64,000 nucleotides of DNA from an uncultured virus (IMG/VR IMGVR_UViG_3300011912_000001) (Duplodnaviria > Heunggongvirae > Uroviricota > Caudoviricetes), in the IMG/VR virus record IMGVR_UViG_3300011912_000001, one strand, 5' to 3'. This document shows positions 42,842 through 52,200 of the stretch, one piece after another. The notes under the pieces are model-generated. The model was not told where the DNA came from. It searched no databases and saw only the letters and a list, made by a program, of their open reading frames with translations. Made by a program: the position numbers and the translations under genes. Position 1 is the first letter of the stretch, and every line of letters starts with the position of its first letter.

Positions 42842-44848
42842 ATGGGAGTAGTAGCAACCGGAATGATTACCTTAACGGATTTAAATGATTCCAAACAAAT
42901 GCAGTTGTATATCACATTGTCAGGAGTGCCGGGTCGTCAGCAAACGTACGACCCGAACACTGGGGTTTACAGTCCACATTATCCGACAACAAAACCAGTT
43001 CTCTCACCAGAACTGTATGTTGCAGGAACAAGCACGAACGTCATTGGGACAGGGGACGTCAAAAGCATCAAGTGGTTTGTTGATGGAACAGAATTGACAG
43101 CAAACACCGCTGACTATACGATGGCGGCATCGGGCGTTAAAACACTGACAATCAATACGAACGTATTAGCGTCTGTAAACTCAAAACGATTTGAAGTACA
43201 GGTAACATACACAGACCCAGATACGACACTGGATTCAACGATGAAAGCAGACATTGAACTCTTTAAGATTACAGGTGGAGCTAAAGGGGCAAACGCCATC
43301 ACTGCTTACCTTAGCAATGAAACGCAAGCGGTTCCAGCTAATGCTTCAGGGACAGTACTTTCGTTTTCTGGGGCAACGACAACACTTAAAATCTTTGAAG
43401 GCTCAACGGATGTGACGGCTTCATGGACGATTGCTCAAACACGAACGAACGTAACGGTCACAGAAGCAACGACATCAGCGACAGCGACAGTCACAGCAAT
43501 GACAGCAGATACCGGTTCGGTCTTGTTCACAGCGACTCGCTCAGGATATTCCACGGTCACAAAAACGTTTGGTATTAGTAAAACCAAAGGTGGGGCCGAT
43601 GCAACAACATATGATATCTTCGCTGAAGGCGTTATCAAACGAAGTACGACCGGTGTCTATAACCCGACGGCAGTCACAGTGAAAGCTCGCCAGCAAGTAG
43701 GACAAAATGCTCCTGCTGATTATGCAGGTCGTTTCATCATCGCGGAACAAGATGCGGCAGGGAACTGGGCAAACAAATACACATCGAGTGCGAATGAAGC
43801 GACAAAAGCGTACACGCCAACAACGTCTACAATTAAAGCGATTAAGGTTACCTTGTATGCGGCAGGTGGAACGACAACGGTTCTAGATGAACAATCGATT
43901 CCAGTTGTTGATGACGGGAACGACCCAATCTTTACATTCGTTTCTGCACCGGGCGGGAATACGGTTAGTGATACGAAATCAACGACGATTCAATGTGATT
44001 TGTATAAAGGGATTAACATCGTCACTGGTACATATGTCTGGTACGTCCAAGAACCATTGCAAACGACAGACCAAGGAGCGGGCGTAGGCTGGCGTATCCT
44101 GAACAATAATGGTACAGCACCAACAGTGGCATCTGGTTCTTCAGTAGGAGCATCCGGTGGTACAGTTGCGGCTGGTACATACTACATCAAATACACATGG
44201 CTGACAGCGACAGGAGAAACCGTTGCAGGACCAGAGAAAACACAAGCAGTCACAGCGGGTCAGACCTTGATTGTCACGCCTCCAGCATTCCCTACAGGGG
44301 TATATGGAGCAAATATTTATGTTGGTAAAACAACAGGAGCAAACAAATTACAAGGCAAGGTAAGTACGTCTGCTGGGAACTTGACGATTACAAAACCTAT
44401 TTTTGAAAACACAGTGACACCTCCAACAGCGTATACAGGGGTCACAGGAGCTTCAACGATTAATGATAAAGTATTGACGGTGCCGGGTTCAGCGGTTCTT
44501 GGTCTTGAGACATTTAAATGTGTGGTCACATATGACGGGAATAGTTACTCTGATGTTGTTACCATCACAGACTACTCTGACCCGGTCCAAGTCCAAATCT
44601 TTGGGGTGACGGTGTTTAAAAATGGTCAAGGGACGGTTCAGTTGGATGCGGTCGTCAGCAAGAATGGTGTGCCAATCAATGACACCGATGAAACACTGTA
44701 TACCTACAAATGGTCACTGTATAATGCAAGCAATGTACAGAACATGAGCTTTGGTACAAGTGGATTCAAGTATGGTCGGTCGATTCAAGTGGCGGCGACA
44801 GACGTAGACGTACGAGGCAATATTTACGTCGAAGTCGAAGAAAAGTAA
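42842..44848 (+). CDS. Ig-like repeat tail fibre shaft protein
   Basis: 668 aa, Thr/Gly-rich beta repeats (SIKWFVDG, AYLSNETQAVPA..G, FKNGQG..YKW). Confidence 0.65.
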   Translation: MGVVATGMITLTDLNDSKQMQLYITLSGVPGRQQTYDPNTGVYSPHYPTTKPVLSPELYVAGTSTNVIGTGDVKSIKWFVDGTELTANTADYTMAASGVKTLTINTNVLASVNSKRFEVQVTYTDPDTTLDSTMKADIELFKITGGAKGANAITAYLSNETQAVPANASGTVLSFSGATTTLKIFEGSTDVTASWTIAQTRTNVTVTEATTSATATVTAMTADTGSVLFTATRSGYSTVTKTFGISKTKGGADATTYDIFAEGVIKRSTTGVYNPTAVTVKARQQVGQNAPADYAGRFIIAEQDAAGNWANKYTSSANEATKAYTPTTSTIKAIKVTLYAAGGTTTVLDEQSIPVVDDGNDPIFTFVSAPGGNTVSDTKSTTIQCDLYKGINIVTGTYVWYVQEPLQTTDQGAGVGWRILNNNGTAPTVASGSSVGASGGTVAAGTYYIKYTWLTATGETVAGPEKTQAVTAGQTLIVTPPAFPTGVYGANIYVGKTTGANKLQGKVSTSAGNLTITKPIFENTVTPPTAYTGVTGASTINDKVLTVPGSAVLGLETFKCVVTYDGNSYSDVVTITDYSDPVQVQIFGVTVFKNGQGTVQLDAVVSKNGVPINDTDETLYTYKWSLYNASNVQNMSFGTSGFKYGRSIQVAATDVDVRGNIYVEVEEK

Positions 44849-44855
44849 AAGAGCC

Positions 44856-44905
44856 TTGCAAAAGCATGAGGAACGGGTTTAAATAAACTCGAAATCCTCA
44901 TGCTT
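44856..44905 (+). promoter_or_regulatory. Putative promoter (TTGCAA..GGTTTA) embedded in a long inverted repeat
   Basis: Outer stem AAGCATGAGGA/TCCTCATGCTT (44862-44905) and inner CGGGTTTA/TAAACTCG. Confidence 0.45.
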
Positions 44906-44929
44906 ATTTAATATTAAGGAAGTGATAGA

Positions 44930-47900
44930 ATGGGAAATAAAGTCGGAGTTAGTATGGTTACCTTGATGGATTTAAATGATGCCATCATTGCAGGTGTTGC
45001 ACCAACGAATCCTACAGAAGGAACACTCTGGATAGATAGCAGTTTAACACCACCTGTTTTGAAAAAATGGTCAAGCGGTGCATGGGTTAATCAACCGATG
45101 AGCTTAGAAGAACTCGACCCAGATTTCACGGAATATATCAGCAAAGGCGTCGATGCCGCGATACTCAAACTTGGAAACCTATCAAGTGATGATAAAATTA
45201 CGGCAACCGAACGCCAAGTCATCTTAGATAAATTAACGGACATGCTGGGAAGTTCTCCTTCAGGGACAGTCCCATTACCAGCGGTTGCGACTGTGAATAC
45301 ATATACAGCAGGTGAATACTACCAAACACGTAAGAGTGCGACGGATGCTGGAGTCTCAACGAGTGATACGGCGTACACAGCGTATGCGACAGCGTATACA
45401 ACACTTGCGAACTATTTGAATACAATTACAGTTGATGGTATTTACTGTTGGGATGTTAGCAATGCGAAAGCAGATAGCGTCCATACGATTGTGGGACAAA
45501 CATTCCGGGATAACTGGAAAGCGTTTTATCAAGCCCAACTCGTGCTTCAGACACGGACATCGAAACGCGTCAGTGATGCAAAAGCAGAAGCGGAAGCGTA
45601 CACGAAATCATATCGTGAACAACTCGTCGGGAACGGATATGGAGACTTGGGGTCGAATCGAAACTTCTCAGGATTCACGTATTCAACCGCACAGAAAGTT
45701 TCAGGGAAAGGCTCTTTCCTTCGTACGGCAACAGGAGAAACGCGAACCGATGAATTCATTCCTGTCGAAACAGACCGAACGTATCGGTTGTCAATTTCAA
45801 TTATTTCGTCGACGACTACAGGTACGCATAACTTAGGATTGGAATGTTATAACGCGGCAGGTACTTCTCTAGGAAAACGCCAGATTCTTCGTTCAGGAAC
45901 ATCCACTGTATTGCCGTCAACAACAAGTTTCGTACATTATGAAGGTGTTATTTCTGGATTAAATATTGGGGCAGGAGTATTCACTGACTATGATTTCCCA
46001 GCAGGGACGACCCAAGTTAAAATCTGGATAAATACTAACATTGGGACGACAACGAACACTGTTTATGTAGCAGATGTTAGTTTTGCGATTGACCAGATTG
46101 AAGCGAACAAGGACTACAATGGTCTGACGATGTCTGCCGCTAAAGGGATGGTTGTCACTAGTACAAGAAACATCTCCGAATTTAACTCGACAGACGGTAT
46201 CAAGATTTATAAGAAGACCGATGTCGGAAACCCTGTCTTTAAACTGGATGCGAATACAGGTGATTTGACGATTCGCGGGAACATCTACATGCAAGGTGGA
46301 ACCATTTCATGGGCAAATATGAATACACCATCATCAACAGACAAAGCGGCATTAGGCATTGCTTCACCTGATGATGTAAAAACAGCAGTAGGAAACATTA
46401 AAATTGGTGGAAGAAACTACTATAGAAAGAAAAACTTTTTCGCTCAAGCTTCGACTGCTGTATATGATGAAGTTTCAAATGAATGGACAATCACATTAGG
46501 TTCTGGAGGCACAGGTAGTTGGAGAGGATTAAAATATGGTGGAAAAGATGCCATCATTAAAGCAGGAGAAACAGCAACTGTTAGTTTTGATATCTACACA
46601 GATTTTGCTTTTACAATGTATCCTGACATCAACAACTTGCCTCTCAGTACTGGAAGCGGTGCAAATGACAATGACATTTTAGCAAGTCGAGTGATGCCAA
46701 AAGCACCAGTTGTAGGACAATGGACACGACTATTTTTTCAGTACACCATGCCAACAACTATAACTGAAGGGTATTATGATAATAGTGTGATTGCAATTGA
46801 TTCAAGCTATAATGCGACTGCCGGTCAATCATTCAAGATTCGTAATATTCAATATGAAATTGGAAATACTCCAACAGAATTCAGTTTTGCGGTTGAAGAT
46901 GTTGATGACCAAATCAAAAAGGTGCAAACAGATTTAAACAACGTAAAAGTCGGTGGGCGAAACCTCCTGTTAAACAGTGGCGGGCAATATCGAATGGAGA
47001 AGAATGACGTAGGATTAGGTACACCTTCTTATCTCACAACTGAAACGATTCCTTTTTATCGTTACACGGCTGATACAGGAAAAACAATCAGTTTGTATAA
47101 TACATACGACTCGACAGTGTTAGCGGAAATGCCAATAGCGAATGAAACGTATGTATTAGGTGTCGATGTGCGAACACAAGAAGAATCGACGGTCACAATC
47201 TATGATACACAAAATGTTAACGGTTCTAGAAAAGTGTATACGATTGCGCCGAATGTATGGACACGTATTCAATACAATCCGTATGTGATTCCTTCAGTAG
47301 GAGTTTCAATGGTTCAATTGATTCTTACCTCTAATAAACGAGTGCTGGATGTCCGAAATGTAAAGTATGAAAAAGGGAACCAGATGACCGACTGGACACC
47401 GGCACCAGAAGATTTAATCAAAGCAATAGCTGATGTTCAAATTGGTGGGCGAAACTTACTGATGGGAACAGAGAAGACGTTTACTTCTACACGAGTTTCT
47501 GATTCAGAAAATAAAGGATTCAGCTTCCCTTCAGGAGATTTGATGAATACGATTGGGCGTTACGGGGCAGGTACGATTCTGGAAGACAACCAAGATTATG
47601 TGTTCTCGTTCGACTATGAATTTACAGCAGGGTATACGGCAACCATCGGAATGGGAATCGGAACAGGTAGTGGTCCAGATAAGTACGAAGTAGACCGTTG
47701 GTACGCTCAAGCTAAGTACTCCGAGTTTGGACAAGGTGCTAAAGGAAAGTTTGTCGTAAATTTAAAAACGCCAGTCTTAAATACACAAAAATACTTCATG
47801 ATTCGCCCGCTTCGAGATGACTTCGTGGCAGGAACAAACACTGTCATCATTAAAAACATGAAGCTTGAAAAAGGAAACAAAAGAACGGATTGGTCACCGG

Positions 47901-49207
47901 CTCCAGAAGATATCATCAAGTCATTAGATGATATGGAAATTGGTACAGAAAACTTCTTACGTAACAGTAACTTTGAAATCGTGGAAACCTCTAGCAACGT
48001 TACGAATAAACATGAAGCGAGCTATGCTAGATGGTATGGCGGTTACAATGCAGGTATCGCAAACCCAACAACTTCTTACCATGCACACATTGATTCTTCA
48101 ACATTTGGATTCCCTGTTTACGAATACAATGAAAGTGATGGAACAAGAAACTGGAAAGGGGTTTCAACGGTAGTTAGCATTACGGAGTCAGGAGATTACA
48201 CATTCTCATTTGATGCTAACACGACGCTCCTAGGGTCAAAAGTGTTTGGAGGATTCTATTATCGTAAGAAGGGTGGAACCACATACAGTTTCCATTCTGG
48301 TCAATTTACCTTATGGCCGTCGGTCGTAAATGGATGGAAAAGATACAAAGCGTCATTAAAGCTTTTGGATGATGTTGATTTAGGTCAACCTATTAGTTTC
48401 TATGTTTACGGGTATGAATTCGATACAAACTCGATTCTTTATATCAAGAACCTGAAACTTGAAAAAGGAACGAAAGCTACAACATGGAATCCATCTCGTC
48501 TCGACAACAAAGAAAAGTTTGATGATTTCTATTCCTTAACAGGGAAACGAAATAACGTCACTGTGATTGATGGAAGTAAGATTCAGACAGGTCGGATTGA
48601 TGCGAACCTTGTGACTGTCGACAACTTGAATGCTGGAAACATCAAAGCAGGAACACTCGATGTCAACCGGTTAACGCTCAAAGGTTTAACAGTCAGTGAT
48701 GGAACAAAAGATACCTTCAAGGTTGATACTTCAGGTAATGTAAGTATTCAAGGTGTCGTCCAAGTTTCTTCGGGTTCGAATGTGTATACGAAATCAGAAA
48801 GTGGAGCTGTTGCGGTCAATGCCAATCCGATTGGTGTCGGGGCCAAGTTTGACTATGCAACGTTCACACTTGCGACAACAAATAAAATCTATTTCCATGG
48901 GTATACGTACGATGAAACGTTCAAAGAACAACGGGCATCGGATACGAATGGGTACTTCTATAGTTATGATAACTCGACAAAAATCACAGCGATTAAAGGA
49001 GTACTGGATTTAACGAGTGGGGTTCCGGCAAATGCTGATGGGTATATCATCTATGATTCAGCAAACAATAAATGGGGTTTTGCGGTCTATGACCCGAGAC
49101 CAGCTAATCAATCATGGAGACGTTATAATGTAGCAGATGCGCCGCGCCATAACGTTGCGCTTACGATTGATTCAACGATTTACATCATGGGAGAATTAAG
49201 CCTATAA
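44930..49207 (+). CDS. Tail fibre/receptor-binding protein with tandem carbohydrate-binding-like modules
   Basis: N-terminal APTNPTEGTLWID..LKKW; four GGRN/GTEN...(K/Q)(L/Y)E.G...(W/F) modules; IDGSKIQTGRID beta-helix repeats. Confidence 0.75.
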   Translation: MGNKVGVSMVTLMDLNDAIIAGVAPTNPTEGTLWIDSSLTPPVLKKWSSGAWVNQPMSLEELDPDFTEYISKGVDAAILKLGNLSSDDKITATERQVILDKLTDMLGSSPSGTVPLPAVATVNTYTAGEYYQTRKSATDAGVSTSDTAYTAYATAYTTLANYLNTITVDGIYCWDVSNAKADSVHTIVGQTFRDNWKAFYQAQLVLQTRTSKRVSDAKAEAEAYTKSYREQLVGNGYGDLGSNRNFSGFTYSTAQKVSGKGSFLRTATGETRTDEFIPVETDRTYRLSISIISSTTTGTHNLGLECYNAAGTSLGKRQILRSGTSTVLPSTTSFVHYEGVISGLNIGAGVFTDYDFPAGTTQVKIWINTNIGTTTNTVYVADVSFAIDQIEANKDYNGLTMSAAKGMVVTSTRNISEFNSTDGIKIYKKTDVGNPVFKLDANTGDLTIRGNIYMQGGTISWANMNTPSSTDKAALGIASPDDVKTAVGNIKIGGRNYYRKKNFFAQASTAVYDEVSNEWTITLGSGGTGSWRGLKYGGKDAIIKAGETATVSFDIYTDFAFTMYPDINNLPLSTGSGANDNDILASRVMPKAPVVGQWTRLFFQYTMPTTITEGYYDNSVIAIDSSYNATAGQSFKIRNIQYEIGNTPTEFSFAVEDVDDQIKKVQTDLNNVKVGGRNLLLNSGGQYRMEKNDVGLGTPSYLTTETIPFYRYTADTGKTISLYNTYDSTVLAEMPIANETYVLGVDVRTQEESTVTIYDTQNVNGSRKVYTIAPNVWTRIQYNPYVIPSVGVSMVQLILTSNKRVLDVRNVKYEKGNQMTDWTPAPEDLIKAIADVQIGGRNLLMGTEKTFTSTRVSDSENKGFSFPSGDLMNTIGRYGAGTILEDNQDYVFSFDYEFTAGYTATIGMGIGTGSGPDKYEVDRWYAQAKYSEFGQGAKGKFVVNLKTPVLNTQKYFMIRPLRDDFVAGTNTVIIKNMKLEKGNKRTDWSPAPEDIIKSLDDMEIGTENFLRNSNFEIVETSSNVTNKHEASYARWYGGYNAGIANPTTSYHAHIDSSTFGFPVYEYNESDGTRNWKGVSTVVSITESGDYTFSFDANTTLLGSKVFGGFYYRKKGGTTYSFHSGQFTLWPSVVNGWKRYKASLKLLDDVDLGQPISFYVYGYEFDTNSILYIKNLKLEKGTKATTWNPSRLDNKEKFDDFYSLTGKRNNVTVIDGSKIQTGRIDANLVTVDNLNAGNIKAGTLDVNRLTLKGLTVSDGTKDTFKVDTSGNVSIQGVVQVSSGSNVYTKSESGAVAVNANPIGVGAKFDYATFTLATTNKIYFHGYTYDETFKEQRASDTNGYFYSYDNSTKITAIKGVLDLTSGVPANADGYIIYDSANNKWGFAVYDPRPANQSWRRYNVADAPRHNVALTIDSTIYIMGELSL

Positions 49208-49210
49208 GTA

Positions 49211-49236
49211 TTGACGAACAAATAGGTAACGGTTTA
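49211..49236 (+). promoter_or_regulatory. Putative phage promoter (TTGACG..GGTTTA)
   Basis: Near-consensus -35 TTGACG starting 20 nt before GGTTTA. Confidence 0.5.
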
Positions 49237-49253
49237 GATGAAGACAAAGAACG

Positions 49254-49280
49254 AAGGAGAGCACAGGCTCTCCTTTTATT
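49254..49280 (+). terminator. Terminator-like hairpin
   Basis: AAGGAGAGC-ACAG-GCTCTCCTT followed by TTATT. Confidence 0.6.
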
Positions 49281-49298
49281 TAGAAGAGGTGGAAATCC

Positions 49299-52200
49299 AT
49301 GAAAGGTCGATTATTTGTCACGCCAAAGTCTCAAAATGAAATCTTGAACACGTCGCGGACAAAAACAGAATTCTTACTGAAAGAAGATATGATTCTTTCG
49401 AAGGTCTCGAATACAACATATTTTAATTCCAATAACATCAACTTGGTACGCAACAGTGAGTACTTAGATGAAATGAACAGATGGCAAAAAAATGTTTTTA
49501 CAACGCATGACCCTACAGTAAAACTAGAAACTTCTAATAGTGTTAAATATAATGCAACAGGAGTATCAGTTGATTCATGGACTCCATTGCGAAGTGAATT
49601 TGTTGATGTAAGTGCAGGGTATACATACACAGCTTCTGTTTATACATACACAAATGATATTACAACAATCAACAAAACAGCTTCTCTTGAATTAGAATAC
49701 TACAATGGAACAGATAGTGTCACACGAATGGGTGCAGTAGGAACAATACTTGATGTAGAAAATGGAAAATGGAAACGTTCATTTATAACACTAAATGTTC
49801 CAACAGGAGCTTCTCGTGTTCGAATGCGAATTCATGCAGTGCAAAATGGACGTTTTTGGATTTCAAGACCAATGCTTGAAAAAGGTGATGTGGCTTCGGC
49901 ATGGCGTCCACATGTTGATGACATGGTGGTTCAAAAAGGAACGCAACGGGACATTCCAATCCGATACATTCGAGATTGGTTGAATGGTTCGACAGCAAAT
50001 GCAGGGTCGCACTGGGTAGAAATTCAAGCTATAAAAGATGGAGTAAACGTAGCACTAAATAAACCAGTCACAGGGAATGTTCCCGAAAACCCGACGTATC
50101 CATATTCTCGTATCACAGATGGAACGATTTCGAGTGAGTGGGCAGGAGCTTCCATTGAAGACGGAAACCCACGATGCGTGACTGTCGACTTAGGTAGTGT
50201 TGTCAATGGAATTGAGCATTTGCAAATCTACCATTACTATTCAGACGGTCGTTCGTATAAGCAAACAAAAACGGAAGTATCCGCTGACGGCATCAACTGG
50301 ACGACGCTCTTTGATTCTGCTGTTTCAGGAATGTATCAAGAAAGTTCAGCAGGGAAAAAGATTTATGTCAACACGCATGAATCCCTTCGAAAAGCAGAAA
50401 GTTCGATTACTCAAACAGCGAATAAAATCTCTCTTGTTGTATCTGAGACAGATGCAATTAAAGGGGATGCATTGGTTTCTGCCATCAACATTCAACCGGG
50501 TACGGTTCGAATCAGTGCAAAAAACATCAACATCGATGGAGCAGTCAAATTCAGTTCGTTCGATTCTTCTGTCCGAAGTAGTCTAGTAGATTCAGCGGCG
50601 CCGGAAAACATTTTTCCGAATGGTAAGTTTGAAGACTGGGAAGGAGCCCTTCCGAACGGTTGGACGCGTTGGACGGGCTCAGGAAGTTTATACAAAAGTT
50701 CAGCTGGGTTAACGCATGGATTTTCTCCAAGATTTACAGTAACAAATACTCAGGAGGATGGGTTTTCATTCATTTTAAATGGAAAACCTGAAAACCAATA
50801 TTACATTGCAGAATTTGGATTTATGATTGAATCAGGGAATGGAGTAGGCGCTGGTATTTTACTTCGTCACCACAATGCAATAAATGGCGGCGGTTCGTAC
50901 AGAGAGGTAAAAGTCCAAATCAGTGATTACATCCCGAACCCGGTCGTTGGACAATGGTATACAATTCGAACATTTGTTGAGATTCCGAAGTATGGAGGAA
51001 CAACTTCTTACTCTGGATATGTGATGGCAAACTGGAATGGTTTTAATGGAGGAGTTCGTTCAGCCAAAACCATTAATTTTGATAAAGTGTTGTGGCGTCC
51101 AGCGACAGAGAATGAAATCCAAACAAACAATAAATGGGTAGCTAAAAAGTATGCCATCGGCGCGCAAGCAAGCGCATCCTATGAGCCGACGTTTGAAATG
51201 CTTTCTCGCTTCAGTGTCGCTGAATCGAAGATGGTAAATGATGCCGCATCGTTTACCAATGTATTCACCGGAGACTATTATGCGATTCATTATGCGACAG
51301 CGGTATTTGTCCCTCAAGATAAGAACGTGACGTTCCCTAGCGTAATCGCTGACGATAGCGTAGCCATTTATGTTAACGGAAATAAGGTAGGATTTAAAGC
51401 AGGAGCGACAGCTTCTTCCATGGTTCTTCCTTTGAAAACAGGATGGAACAATATTGATGTACTCGTCTATGAACACGCCGGAGCAGAAAGTGTCGGTTTC
51501 GGAACAAAACTTTCAGACTTCGTACTTTTGATGCAACCAAGTCAAAACCCTGCTAGTTATAATTCTGCCATCAGTGACGGGCTGGCTCGCGTCATCACAG
51601 ACATGTCTGCTATAGAAGAAAACGTTACGAAGATTAATGGCGGACGGATTCTGACGAATAGTATTACAGCGAAACAAATTGCCGCAAATACCATTAAAGC
51701 TGAAAACTTGTTCATCGGTGATATGACGAACATGATGCAGTATGAAGAAAATTCGTATGTAGGAGGCTATGGAGTTGTCACGAATACAGACAATCAGAAA
51801 TATTTCAAAATTGGTCAACAAGCTTATTCCAATTTGCAAATGGCACGGTCAGAACGTGTTGAATTTAAAGTGGGAGATAGTTACTTCTTGGGATTCAATG
51901 GATTCAAAGAAAGTGCTATTACCGGAGCTATCAATTTTATTATCCGTTATTACTATACCGACGGTAGTGCAACGAATGCTGGAATTGCGACAATTCCATT
52001 TACAACAACTGTTACAAGTCTTGAAGCGATTCTGAAGATTACAACGGCACCAACAGTAGGAAAAACAATCTCTTATGTTATGTTTTTTGTAGAAAAAGAT
52101 AATACTACGAGTGGTTATTTCCATATGCGCAATGTTGAACTCCGTAAAATGTATTCAGGTAAAATGATTGTAGATGGAACCATTGATGCGAACAAAGTCA

